From Anolis carolinensis (Eukaryota): DNA of 64,000 bases. The translations under genes and the position numbers were made by a program. This document shows, one piece after another, positions 12,398-23,238 of the stretch. The notes below the pieces were generated by a model. The model did no database searches and had not been told where the DNA came from. It worked only from the letters and a program-made list of their open reading frames with translations. Position 1 is the first letter of the stretch, and every line of letters begins with the position of its first letter. The DNA lies in assembly GCF_035594765.1 (NCBI RefSeq), contig NC_085841.1, positions 167,819,574 to 167,883,573 on the forward strand. Direction: 5' to 3'.

Positions 12398-13233
12398 TGT
12401 TGTAGCCCAACCTGAGATTGGGCCCATTCAGCCAATGATTGTCCCTGCACCAGCTTTGCCAGAGGACTCTGAGTTTGGGCCTGAGATGCAGCCAGAGTCT
12501 GTCCCAGTAGATTGTGGGACCAGAGACAGAATAATTGCAAGCAGGCATTTTGAACCACATTCCTCCCGCAGTCAAGGACAGATCACCAGGTGCCAGATGG
12601 ACATTCTAGTTTAGAGGAGGATAATGAGTTTGACAGGAGAGCAGCGATAACTCACCAGAGGAGGGAATGAGAATGTTTGTGAAGAAGCTTTTGAAGCACT
12701 CCAATGAGTAGTTTTCTCATGAGAGAAAGACCTTGGGTTTTCCTTAAAATACTTCATTTTCTTTGCCACAGCCAGAAGTGGCAACTTTGCTTATTTAAGA
12801 AAGAAGGATCTTTGGTCTGTGTTCCTGTATCTTGCTTCAAGTTTCGGCCTTGCCTGCGAATCCAGCTGAATATTCCAGTTACTTTGCTATTTGGTTTTTA
12901 TTCCAGTCAAGAACTTTGCCTTGTGTTTCATCATTGACTTTATACGTTGAACTACCTTGGAATTAATCCTGCACTCTGGTTTTGTTTTCCTGTGGTTATC
13001 CTTGATTCATGCCTTGGAATCAATCCAGTTTTGGATTATGCTTTCGAGTGGTTTTTATAGACTCTAGCTTCATGAACTTCAAGTAACTTGCTCTTGTGGA
13101 GTTAAACCTAATTTAGTGATTCTGAACTATATTTTGCTTTTGCTTGCATATAATCATCAATAAACAACTTGCTTGCTTTATTCTGGGGCTCCAGTGTGGT
13201 TTTGAGATGCTTACGTAGCCCAAGGGTGCAACA
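12398..13233 (+). mobile_element. Solo LTR, family A copy 1
   Basis: TGTTG...CAACA ends, 5-bp TSD CTGTG/CTGTA, AATAAA near the 3' end, homologous to 26141-26946. Confidence 0.85.
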
Positions 13234-13644
13234 CTGTAGTTCTATCTTATGGAATCCTTGGATTTGCAGTTTAGGGGTGGGGACATTTAGTTGCCTGTGA
13301 CCAAACTATAAACTACGACCTCATCATAAAGCACTGGGAAAGCAGCTCCCTCTTGGCTACCTTTTCCCCATCACATGGGGAAAGCTTTGCCATTGGAGCC
13401 AGCACAACATAGGAAGCCTCCCATGTTGAGAGGAAAATGTCCAGCGATGATTTCCCTCCCATTGCTGGAGGGGCTTCCACAGGAAGCTCCCTTGCATCAT
13501 CTGATGGGCAGCAAACCCATCAGTCCTCAAGATGGGGTGGAAGCATCCTAGGACACTAAAATCACCCCATCTGATGAGGTGACTGCTGGAATAGAAATCC
13601 TGGAACCCAGGCAATTCAAGGGGAATACAATGCTATGCCTGCTT

Positions 13645-13890
13645 CTTGAGATATCAGATCTCATTATGGTGATGCATGCCTTGGTTATGTCCTGTTTGGA
13701 TTATTGTAATACTACATGGGGCAGACTTTGAAGAGTGATGGAAACTCCAGCTGGTCCAAAGAGCTGCAGCAAGGTTTTTAACAAGGGATGGCTACAGGGA
13801 ACATGTAACCCACCTGTTTCAATAGCTCCATGGGGTGCCAGTTCATTTCCTGGTACAATTCAAAGTGCTGGATTTGACCTATAAAACCCA
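13645..13890 (+). mobile_element. L2 ORF2 C-terminal fragment (degenerate)
   Basis: Translates with lesions to HALV..LDYCN...KLQLVQRAAAR...FKVL..TYK, typical of L2. Confidence 0.8.
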
Positions 13891-13978
13891 AATTATGTAC
13901 TCCTCAACATTATTTCTAAAAGCTATGTAACAGGCAAACTTTTATGTTAGTTTATGTGCTCTCCTTTCCCCAGGTTTT

Positions 13979-13980
<2 letters not shown>

Positions 13981-14009
<29 letters not shown>
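13981..14009. repeat. (TA)n microsatellite
   Basis: Seen directly. Confidence 0.9.
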
Positions 14010-14119
14010 AGAACATGCTTTTCCCTTTGAGGACCAGCAGAGACAAAATAGTTTTTTTTATTTTACTTTTTTAGTCAGTTTCTCTTCGTTTCATTGATGT
14101 TCGCCTTCTATGAGGCTGA

Positions 14120-14260
14120 GACCCCTTCCACACTGCCCCATATCTCAGGTTCTGATCCCAGATTATCTTCTTATCTCAGATTATCTGGTAGTGGAGACTC
14201 ATATAATCCAGTATAAATCTGGGATCAGATACTGGGATATAAGGCAATGTAGAAAGGGCC
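14120..14260. mobile_element. Palindromic PIF/Harbinger-like MITE
   Basis: GACCCCTTCCACACTGCC...GGCAATGTAGAAAGGGCC, 3-bp TSD TGA; relatives at 16307, 19755, 40527, 51355, 51476, 59605. Confidence 0.8.
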
Positions 14261-14675
14261 TGAGAGATTCTGACTTGCCCAGTGCCACCCAGTGGACAGT
14301 ATACTACAGGCATTTCCATGTTAGGGGTCCCCTCACCTTAGCAACTATATGGCACTGAAGCTTTTGTAGCATTAGAAAATTACTGTTATAACATTCTCCC
14401 AACAGTAAGGTATTTTTGATGGAGAAATGGATGGGAAATATTATTTGAAAATAAACCATAAATTTGTCTCTGTCCTTCGAAAAAAATATGGGCAAAAAAA
14501 CATTCCAGCCATACACAATGGAGCCTGTTCTCTCTCTACTTCCATCATCTCAAATATGTATGGAAAAGACAGAAGTGTTGGGAATTGATGAGCCGTTAAG
14601 CTCTAATCACCCCCTTTATGAGGTAAATTCCCATTAAAATAGCAGAGTAAAAATGCAGCAGTGAGACTTACATGG

Positions 14676-15526
14676 TGTGAGTTTTGGAAGGCCTCTGTGT
14701 CTTCAGGAAGGCAAAGGAACGCAAAGTTAGCTTTAAAGTTTAAAATCATTTATTGAGGTAAAAAGAAATCCATTGATGGATAGAAAAGGTTTGGAGCTAA
14801 CTAACTTATCTAATCTGATCTAATACACATAGACGGATCAAAATAGTAAAGATCTAGATAGCTACATCTTGGCTAGAAGAGGGACAAAAGTGCGTCCTCT
14901 CTCTGGAACAAAGCAGGAAGCAGGAATGGCGACCAGCCTCATGGGTCTCTTTCATCTCTAGGATCATAAACATTCCAAAAGCCAAATTGGGGAAGTTACG
15001 TCAAAGCCCTAGGAGAGATCACATTTCTAAAGCATCAAAGGGTGGGGTTGACCTAAACAGGACAGGAAGGAGGAAACAATAGTAAAGCCTAATCAAAGCA
15101 TGCATGGAACTGGGGAAAGTGTCCCTAACTCTTTTCTAGGCTTCCTATCTAACCATAGAGACTTAAGCAGTGCAGGATGACATTTTTCCAACAAGAAGAA
15201 GGCCTTTGGCCACCTCCCACAACATGACCCGTCTTCCTCTCCCCAGTTTGTCAGGTAACACAGTGTACAAGGCTGTAGTACTCTGTCTTGGAAAGGAGAA
15301 CGCTGGATGGGGACTCCCATTTCACATAGCATTCTGGGATAGTGCCTGCATGATATTATGTTGTTGCAGAAATCTAGTATAATCTCAGCATTCCCAGGAA
15401 GATAGAAACAGGGTTTTTTTTTAAAAAAAGAAAATCAATAAATGGGTTAAGTCCAAGATATTTAGGAACCATCTTCTTCCATGCCATCTTGCTTGTTCTT
15501 TTTAGACTCGGGAGAGGACCCTTCTA

Positions 15527-15597
<71 letters not shown>

Positions 15598-15636
15598 ATC
15601 TATCTATCTCCTTCCTCATCTGTAAGAGATGAGACA
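14676..15636 (-). mobile_element. Possible LTR-like repeat
   Basis: TG...CA ends and TTTATT near the left end; no TSD found. Confidence 0.3.
15527..15608. repeat. (ATCT)n microsatellite
   Basis: Seen directly. Confidence 0.95.
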
Positions 15637-16159
15637 TGTAATATAATGTTATATTACAGGTGTGCGAATCTTCTATACCTTGCTGCCTCTGCTCTCATCA
15701 AAACTGGAGACCTTTTAAGCTGTTATTAACTACCAAAAAAACTACCAAGGAATCTGATCATAATCTTCATAGATATCCTATTCTGTGTTTGATTTATCTC
15801 GTTAATGCAGTGTTAGTGCTTATTTCTGTAAGATTAAACCTACACAATTGTATTGCACAAGGTGAAAGTGATTACAAATATATAATAATTAGTAATTTGT
15901 ATCAGCATAATTTTGATTAACAGTGAATGGTAAAATATACAGAAATACATAGTCCGACTAAAATGTGTATATGTAGGAATTATAACAGGTAGCATAAAAC
16001 AGTTTCAAGTTGGCATTCCAAAAAATTGAAAATCCCTACATTTTCAATAAAATCAACATGTGAAAGTATAGTCAATGAAAGTGGAATAAAAGCAATAGTC
16101 CAAACAAAAATCAAGAAATAAAAATGAAATACATAAAACTGGAAATTAAAGAAAAAACT

Positions 16160-16510
16160 AAATACCATAAAGACACCAGATCCCATTTGATATTTGAAGT
16201 TAAGTAGGGTCAGCTCTGATTAGTATGGGTGGATGGGAGATACCAAAAAAATGCCAAGTGCTGTGTGATATATTTCAGAGGAAGGAGCTGGATAAACTAC
16301 CTCTGAGACTGGATCTACACTGCCATATAATCCAGATTATAGAAGTAGATCTACATTATCTGCTTTGAACTGAATTATATGAGTCATATAATCCAATTCA
16401 AAACAGATAATCTGGATATGTGGCAGACTGGCAGTGTTGAAGGTGCCTGAGTATTCCTGGCCTAAGAAACCCCTAAGTTCATGGGGTTGCCGTATGTCAA
16501 AAAGTGACCT
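16160..16510 (+). mobile_element. 5S rRNA-derived SINE (5S-Sauria-like) interrupted by a MITE
   Basis: Head resembles 5S rRNA (GAAGTTAAGTAGGGTCAG...TTAGTA...GGATGGGAGA...GTGCTGT) followed by a non-5S body; MITE at 16307-16447. Confidence 0.75.
16307..16447. mobile_element. Harbinger-like MITE nested in the 5S SINE
   Basis: TSD TGA on both sides; CAGATTAT/ATAATCTG internal palindrome. Confidence 0.8.
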
Positions 16511-17750
16511 CTATGTTTGGCTCTAAACATTATACTAATGTGGCTGTCTTTGCAGCAACCAATCAAGCAGCATTCCTATGAAGATATTTTCATTTTGAAT
16601 TTGGTTGTTGTTGGCTAAGGAGATATGTGATGCAGAAAAACAAAATGTGTATCTGTGCGTATGGCTTGGAAATTTGGTTTTGCCTTAATGTTTTTTGACA
16701 ACATAATATATTTTCATGTCAATAGGAAAGATACTGCTTCTGTCTAGAGCATGTAGGATGCATATGTAAATTTCAAAAACAGACAAAACAAGTGCCATGC
16801 TGATGTTAAAGTATGTGGGGAAAATTACTTTTCTGCAGCAATTACAAAAAGGTACAGATTCTGGTTATACTTTAGTCATAACATTCAGTTACCATGGCAA
16901 AACGCCTGTCACGTTGTGCACACCTTCAGACTTGTCAGAGGACTGAATAAAATATATTTTTTAAACAACAGTGTTCAGCAGTCTACAGTTAAGTTTCTTC
17001 TCAGTAGTATAAAACATTTCCAGGCACAGATAAGGGAAACACAAGATAAATGTACAAATACTGGTGGCCATGGATATCTCATTAGTGAGAGTCAGAGTTG
17101 CTTATCTGTGGGTAGAAAACATGAGAAATTAGAGGAAAAACTCACAGCACACAGTCAACCAAAGTCCCTTACAAAATGTTTTCCCCCTTGTTCCTGCTGC
17201 CATCTTCCAGTCTAATTAAAAATGTTGGCAAAATAACAAACCCTAAAGTATACAATTTAGGTCTGATCAACATAAAATGAGTTGGTACAACCATTGGTAC
17301 ATCTTCAGGTACAGGCAGAGATATGCCACTGAATGCTTTTCATGGACAAAATACCTCCATGCAAAGATGAAAACTAATCAAATGAAACTAATACAAATGT
17401 GTGAAAACATTTAGCCCTAGTCTGTTCCTCATGGTTCTGTTTTCCTAATGGTAAATTTAATTTATCTTATTTTTTTGAATAAGATAAAAAGTACTGTTCC
17501 TAATAAAGATATTTTTTAAAAGTACTGTTCCTAATAAAGTCTTCAATTGTGCCTTCTTATTCTATTTCTTTCACTAGTTGCCAGCGCATAAGATAAACCA
17601 CCCTTTAATCTCATGGCTCCCATGTATACCCTGATCTTTTCATTGTGGGACTCTTGATGCATCTACAACTTAGAAGCTCTGAGTTCCCTTCGGGGTGAGA
17701 AGAGTGGGGTAAAAATATAGTAAAAAAAAATAACAAGTAGAAATAATGTG

Positions 17751-17945
17751 TAGAATCATAGAATCATAAAGTTGGAAGAGACCTCATGGGCCAAGAAGCA
17801 GGAAAATCTCATTCAAAGCATCCCTGACAGATGGCCATCCAGCTTCTGCTTAAAAGCCTCCAAAGAAGGAGCCTCCACCACACTCCGGGGGAGAGAGGTC
17901 CACTGATGACCAGCTCTCACAGTGAGGAAGTTCTTCCTAATGTTT
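17751..17945 (-). mobile_element. CR1 LINE 3' end
   Basis: (ATTCTATG)-type tail read as TAGAATCATAGAATCAT, plus typical CR1 3'UTR and ORF2 end. Confidence 0.9.
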
Positions 17946-18236
17946 AATGTGCAGTTTAAAACCAGTGCTATAGAATCATGAGAACTGTAGTTTGATAAGG
18001 TTTTTAGCTTTCTCTACCAAAGTAATGATTCCTCACAAAACTACAACACTCAGGATTCCATAGCATCAAGCCATGGCAGTTAAAGTGGTTTTAAACTGCA
18101 CTATTTCCTGCAAAAACAGAGGAGTTGGGGGGAATGTGTGCAATTACAAATTTCTCCTTTCCTATTTGTTCTTTTATGTTTCCTCCTCCTTTTTTTGGCC
18201 ATGGTGCACTAGAAAGATATTCTTGTATGTTCCACA

Positions 18237-18388
18237 TAACCAGTTCTCTCAAAGAAACAATTTGTTAAGACAAGTGCTTTTAAAAGCTTTTGTTCAAATA
18301 GACTTCCTTAAGTAACCAGTTCTCTCAAAGAAACAATTTGTTAAGACAAGTGCTTTTAAAAGCTTTTGTTCAAATAGACTTCCTTAAG
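18237..18388. repeat. Perfect 76-bp tandem duplication
   Basis: 18237-18312 is identical to 18313-18388. Confidence 0.95.
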
Positions 18389-18586
18389 TTTTTATGTACA
18401 AAGCGAACTGAGAGAGTGTTCCAAGGCCATTGTAATGTTTGCAAAGCACTTCTCATTAGGAGCACATGTGCCATAGTAGTTTTCGTAGCACACAGTGAAG
18501 GCCAGAATTGTCCATCACTAAAAGAGTATCATTTCTCCCTGTTCCAAAATGGAAAATCTGTATCTTTGATTCTGATAACATATATA

Positions 18587-18907
18587 CAGTAGAGTCTCAC
18601 TTATCCAACGCTCACTTATCCAACGTTCTGGATTATCCAACGTAATTTTGTAGTCAATGTTTTCAATGCATCGTGATATTTTGGTGCTAAATTCGTAAAT
18701 ACAGTAATTACAACATAGCATTACTGCGTATTGAACTACTTTTTCTGTCAAATTTGTTGTATAACATGATGTTTTGGTGCTTAGTTTGTAAAATCATAAC
18801 CTATTTTGATGTTTAATAGGCTTTGTCCTAATCCCTCCTTATTATCCAACATATTCGCTTATCCAACGTTCTGCTGGCCTGTTTACTCAATAAGTGAGAC
18901 TCTACTG
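18587..18907 (+). mobile_element. Tc1/mariner (pogo/Tigger-type) MITE
   Basis: TIR CAGTAGAGTCTCACTTAT, TA on both sides; inverted copy at 54441-54739. Confidence 0.9.
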
Positions 18908-19754
18908 TACTTATATTTGATTTCATTTTCCTTGTGTTGATCCTTAATGCTATCAAAATGGGACATTGAGAGAGAAACACCAGCAAGGCATGTATGTCCG
19001 TGAAAAATGTAAACAATGTTATTGAAAACAGCCTGTTTTTCTTCATTCCTCTTCTGGGTCTTCTGTGTTAGGGCACTGAATGGGACATGGAGGGGAGATG
19101 GGAGAAGCAGGATGCAGCAAACAGTGTGTCATTTCATATATAGTAGACAGACCTGTAAGCATCTCATTTATGGTAGAAGGCTAAGAAGATCTGTGAAATA
19201 TGCAGTTTAAGCTACATGCTATTTTCGCTGAAACACCATCATCTACTGACATGAAATAGGCTGTAGGGCAGACTCCTGGGACTGCAGAAGCAGACCCAGG
19301 AGTCTATCCCTGCAGGGCCCATATTCCAGTAGACCTGGGTCTTATCCTTCCAGTTTGTTGCTGTCCTGGAAGCACCCCTGAGTTTCAGGGGTTTCTCTCG
19401 GGGGTTATGGTATTACATCCTGGGGAGGCTGGTAGGTGTGGTCTGGGTAACACATATCACTCCAGCTGTTCTCACACAAGTTGGCCTTCTCCTTTGGTTT
19501 TGCTTATCACCAAAGAAACAATTTAATAGGTAACAATTAATAAAGTCCTTATTTCATCCCATATCTTGTGTCCGATCTCATTATTTCTGTGGTTGGACAG
19601 GGAACATAATATTGCAATCAAAGCATTTCTAGCATAGCCAAATGGCAGTGTTCAGCATATAATACAGGCTATGGGGAGATGTCAGCTATTGTCAAGGTGG
19701 AGTTTATCAAGCTCACTAAAACAGATCAGCATCCAGCTGAATCTTTCATTCTGA

Positions 19755-19897
19755 GGTGGGATCGATACTGCTCTATATCCCAGGATCTTATCCCAGATTA
19801 TCTGCATATCCCAGATTACCTGTCAGTGTAGACTCATATAATCCAGTTCAAAGCAGATATACTGGGATCAGATCTTGGGATATAGGGCAGTATAGAT
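19755..19897. mobile_element. Harbinger-like MITE
   Basis: Homologous to 14120-14260; right end eroded. Confidence 0.75.
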
Positions 19898-19926
19898 TTT
19901 CTTATTTTCTTCCAACAGTATAAAAA

Positions 19927-20241
19927 CTGTGTTATTGAAGGCTTTCATGGCCAGAATCACTGGGTTGCTGTGAGTTTTCCGGGCTGTATGTTCCAGAAGT
20001 ACTCTCTCCTGACATATCTCCCACATTTACGGCAGGCATCCTCAGAAGTAGTGAAGTCTGTTGGAAACTAGGCAAGTGAGGTTTATATATCTGTGGAATG
20101 TCAAACAGGCAAGAGTTATATCTCCCACCCTGGACATTTCACAGATATATAAACCCCTCTTGCCTAGTTTCCAACATTCACAACCTTTGAGGATGCCTAA
20201 GATGTAGGCGAAACGTCAGGAGAGAATGCTTCTGGAACATG
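19927..20241. mobile_element. Penelope-like element: inverted pair of pseudo-LTR fragments
   Basis: 19927-20102 is the reverse complement of a segment overlapping 20103-20241; 9-bp TSD GTATAAAAA. Confidence 0.88.
20183..20222 (+). ncRNA. Minimal hammerhead ribozyme relic (Penelope type)
   Basis: CCT-TTGAGGA-T-GCCTA-agatg-TAGGC-GAAAC-GTC-AGG; core CUGANGA has C>U, stem II is perfect. Confidence 0.7.
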
Positions 20242-21420
20242 GTATAAAAAATGATAATACTGGGATAAACAAAACATCTGTTCATCTTGAAAATAGGAAA
20301 CAACAGGAACAAAATGTGTGAGTTTCTGGTCATTAAAATAGTTTCAATTCAACCATAATAGTGGTTAAAATATGCTTAAAAGATGATTTGGAAGATAATT
20401 ATAAAATATTACCTGTTTTAAAAAAGTGATAAGTGAATGTTGGATAAGTGAGACTCTACTGTACCTTCATTGCCAAACCCATAACTTGTTACAAGTTGCG
20501 TACCCGCTAGTTCTACTATCCAGTTTTGTTCTTTTTTACATGAAAGGATCCCCTTGAAAGCCCCTTTTCAGTTTCTGAACAAAGAAAATATCATAAGCAC
20601 AACACGGAAACATTGTCTTTACTCAGATGTGCTGCCTATGTGAACATACACAGAGAGAAATTAAACAATATCCACATCAGCGGAACACTAGCCTCTAGCC
20701 ATTATTTATTTTTTGAAAGAACATCAATCTTGTCCAAAATCTGCTTTGACACGTCTCACGTTTCTTCATCCCCATACCTGTCATCAACATATACTCTTTC
20801 AAGGCATTTTATTGTGTTCTTAACCTTCCCCAAAGAAAAATACACATATCAGTCACTCATGATAGTTCTCAGTAATGCAAAAATTACAGGTCAGCAAAGT
20901 TCTATTTTGTTCAGTTTCTTCCTCTTTTTTTGATGGATTTTTTGATGTGCTAGTAACGGAAATCCAACAATTCACAAAGATAGTGTGAGAGTAGCAGTGT
21001 TGAAGAAAGCATTATGGCTAGCTTAAGAAAATCCGCTGTTTATTAATTGTTCAGTAATATCCATCCATAAATGATCTGTTTGAATAGTTAATGATGAGCT
21101 TCTTTTTGGAACATCTACAGCAAGAATATCACTATGTCCCTGACTCCCTGTAGACATCAGTCTGTACAAAACAAAAAATGAACAGACTGATGGCATTTGT
21201 GAGAAACCAAACCTGATGCTGACAGGTCAATACCATAGCTGTAAATAGAAGCCTGTGGTTGTAAAAGAGAGAGCCAGTGGGATGTTTTAGTTCAAGCGTA
21301 GGCTGTAAATGGAGACCAAGATCAAACCTCCATTTAGCCATTAGGACCGTGCAAAACTTTGTTGGTAACACGTTTGTTGTATCTATTTTGTAACATTTGT
21401 ACATATGAAATTATATTTAG

Positions 21421-21490
21421 AAATGTGACAGGCGCCCACGCAAAAAATGTAAGATTCAAAACACTGACCTGTGACTTTCAGATCAGTTAC
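21421..21490 (+). CDS. Candidate 70-nt internal exon (NVTGAHAKNVRFKTLTCDFQISY), unidentified; or a 9-nt microexon 21482-21490
   Basis: Acceptor atatttag|A, strong donor TAC|gtaagt, a single open frame, CpGs retained; internal second acceptor ctttcag|A. Confidence 0.45.
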
Positions 21491-22021
21491 GTAAGTCTTG
21501 CAAGTGTCTCCAGGTCTCCGTCATGGGTGCCGTTTCTACCCACCCAAGGGCTGGCCTTGAGGAGGATGGTGAGAGCAAAGTGGAGGGAGAAGCCCTGCCC
21601 TTTCCCTAAAGAGGGTGGCGAGAGGGATGCCTGGTTGGATGGCCAGGCATGGAGGAAGCCCCTCCAGCACATGGCTGGCCCAGAGAGAGACAGGCAGAGA
21701 CCATCACATTTATGCTTTAACAAGGGCAGCCCCAGTATTCTGAAGTGAGCAGAATTCTGGGAAATGTAGTTTAGGGTGGGGCCTTTTGAATTCTCTGCCA
21801 CAAGGGTCCTCGCCTTCCCAAAATACATTTTCCAGAATTCTGCTGACTCCCTTGTACCTCCTCCCCCTCCCCCCTTCCCTGAAAGTTTTGTTGAGGAAAA
21901 AACCTGTGTCCATTCTCTAAAGGGATATTGAGACAAAAAGGGATTGTTGGGAGTTGAATCAGCCCAGTGACATAGGAAAAGTTGAGAGGCAGTAACATCA
22001 AAGTTTACCTAGTAGGTTTCC

Positions 22022-22023
<2 letters not shown>

Positions 22024-22082
<59 letters not shown>
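22024..22082. repeat. (TTA)n tail/target of Dong copy 2
   Basis: Seen directly. Confidence 0.95.
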
Positions 22083-22768
22083 TGACACAACGACATAGTA
22101 TGACACAGCAAACAAGATAGATATGCTAGATTTCATATCACAAAATCACAAGTTGAACACTTCCCAAGTGTTTAGTTCTGTGTGATGTATTTTCAGATGA
22201 TGCGCGCAGATCCCAGTAAGGTGGCCTTTTGCAGTTGACAGATCATAATTTTGTCAATGTTTATTGTTTCCAAATGCTGGCTGAGATCTTTTGGCATAGC
22301 ACCCAGTGCACCAGTTACCACCGGGACCACCTGTACTGGTTTATGCCAGAGCCTTTGCAGTTCGATCTTGAGGTCTTGATAACGGTTGAATTTTTCTTAT
22401 TGTTTTTATCAATTCCACTGTCACCTGGTATGGCGATATCAATAATCCAAACCTTTTCCTTTTCCACAACTGTGAGGTCTGGTGTGTTGTGTTCTAGAAC
22501 TTTGTCAGTCTAGATTCAAAAGTCCCACAGTATTTTTGCGTATTCATTTTCCAATACCTTTGCAGGTTTGTGATCCCACCAGTTCTTTACTACTGGTAAA
22601 TTCCAATGAATCATTTGGGCCACATAGTTTTGCCTCTGTTTTTAGTCCCTCTGTGCAATTTTCTTACAGCAGCTGAGGATATGATCAGTGTTTTTATCAG
22701 CTTCTTTGCATAGTCTGCATTTGGGGTCATCAGATGATTTTTTTATCTTAACCTTAATTGCATTTGTT
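22083..22768 (-). mobile_element. R4/Dong element copy 2, heavily 5'-truncated
   Basis: Reverse-complement homology to ~6072-6749 (TNAIK...DDPKCRLCKE...DHILSCCKKIAQ, RLE, 3'UTR). Confidence 0.92.
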
Positions 22769-22796
22769 GTTATAGTTGTTGTTGTTGTTGTTATTT

Positions 22797-22892
22797 CAAA
22801 GGCTGGATGGTCATCTGTTGGGTGTTGTTCGATGGTGCTTTTCCTGCCTGACCGAAATGGGCTGGACTGGGTCATCCCTGGGGTCTTCCAGT
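22797..22892 (+). mobile_element. CR1 3'UTR fragment
   Basis: AGGCTGGATGGTCATCTGT...GGCTGGACTGG...GGGGTCTTCCA. Confidence 0.65.
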
Positions 22893-23129
22893 GAAGTAGT
22901 ACTGTTATGTTTATGTTGATAAAAATTTCCTTAAAATCAGTGGATGTGCAAATCTTTCTGAATCTTAGAGGGATGGGCTTGAGACGTGCTTCCTTGCCGC
23001 CTTGCCTTGCACCTTGTGCCATTTGGATGCCTCTTGATGGGATGACATCAGGTGATGGGATCCTGGGATTGCTCAGGCACCTGCAGAGAAGGCTCAAGAC
23101 CAGGCATGGGAAAATTTCAGCCCTTCAGG

Positions 23130-23238
23130 CAGGGCTATGGCCGGGGGGGGGGGGTAGGGGTTCAAATCCCCCTCCCCAAAATTTTTCAGGTTTTAAAAAA
23201 ATCTGATTTACTCATGAATTTTAACTGGTTAACCAAAT
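23130..23238 (+). mobile_element. hAT MITE, G/C-tract family, left-end fragment
   Basis: Homologous to 2309-2420; abuts the start of another hAT-like end (CAGGCATGGGAAAA, 23101). Confidence 0.75.

Noticed and set aside
16160-16265. Functional 5S rRNA gene (also 49176-49285)
   Set aside because: Heavily diverged; the 16160 copy is fused to a SINE body.
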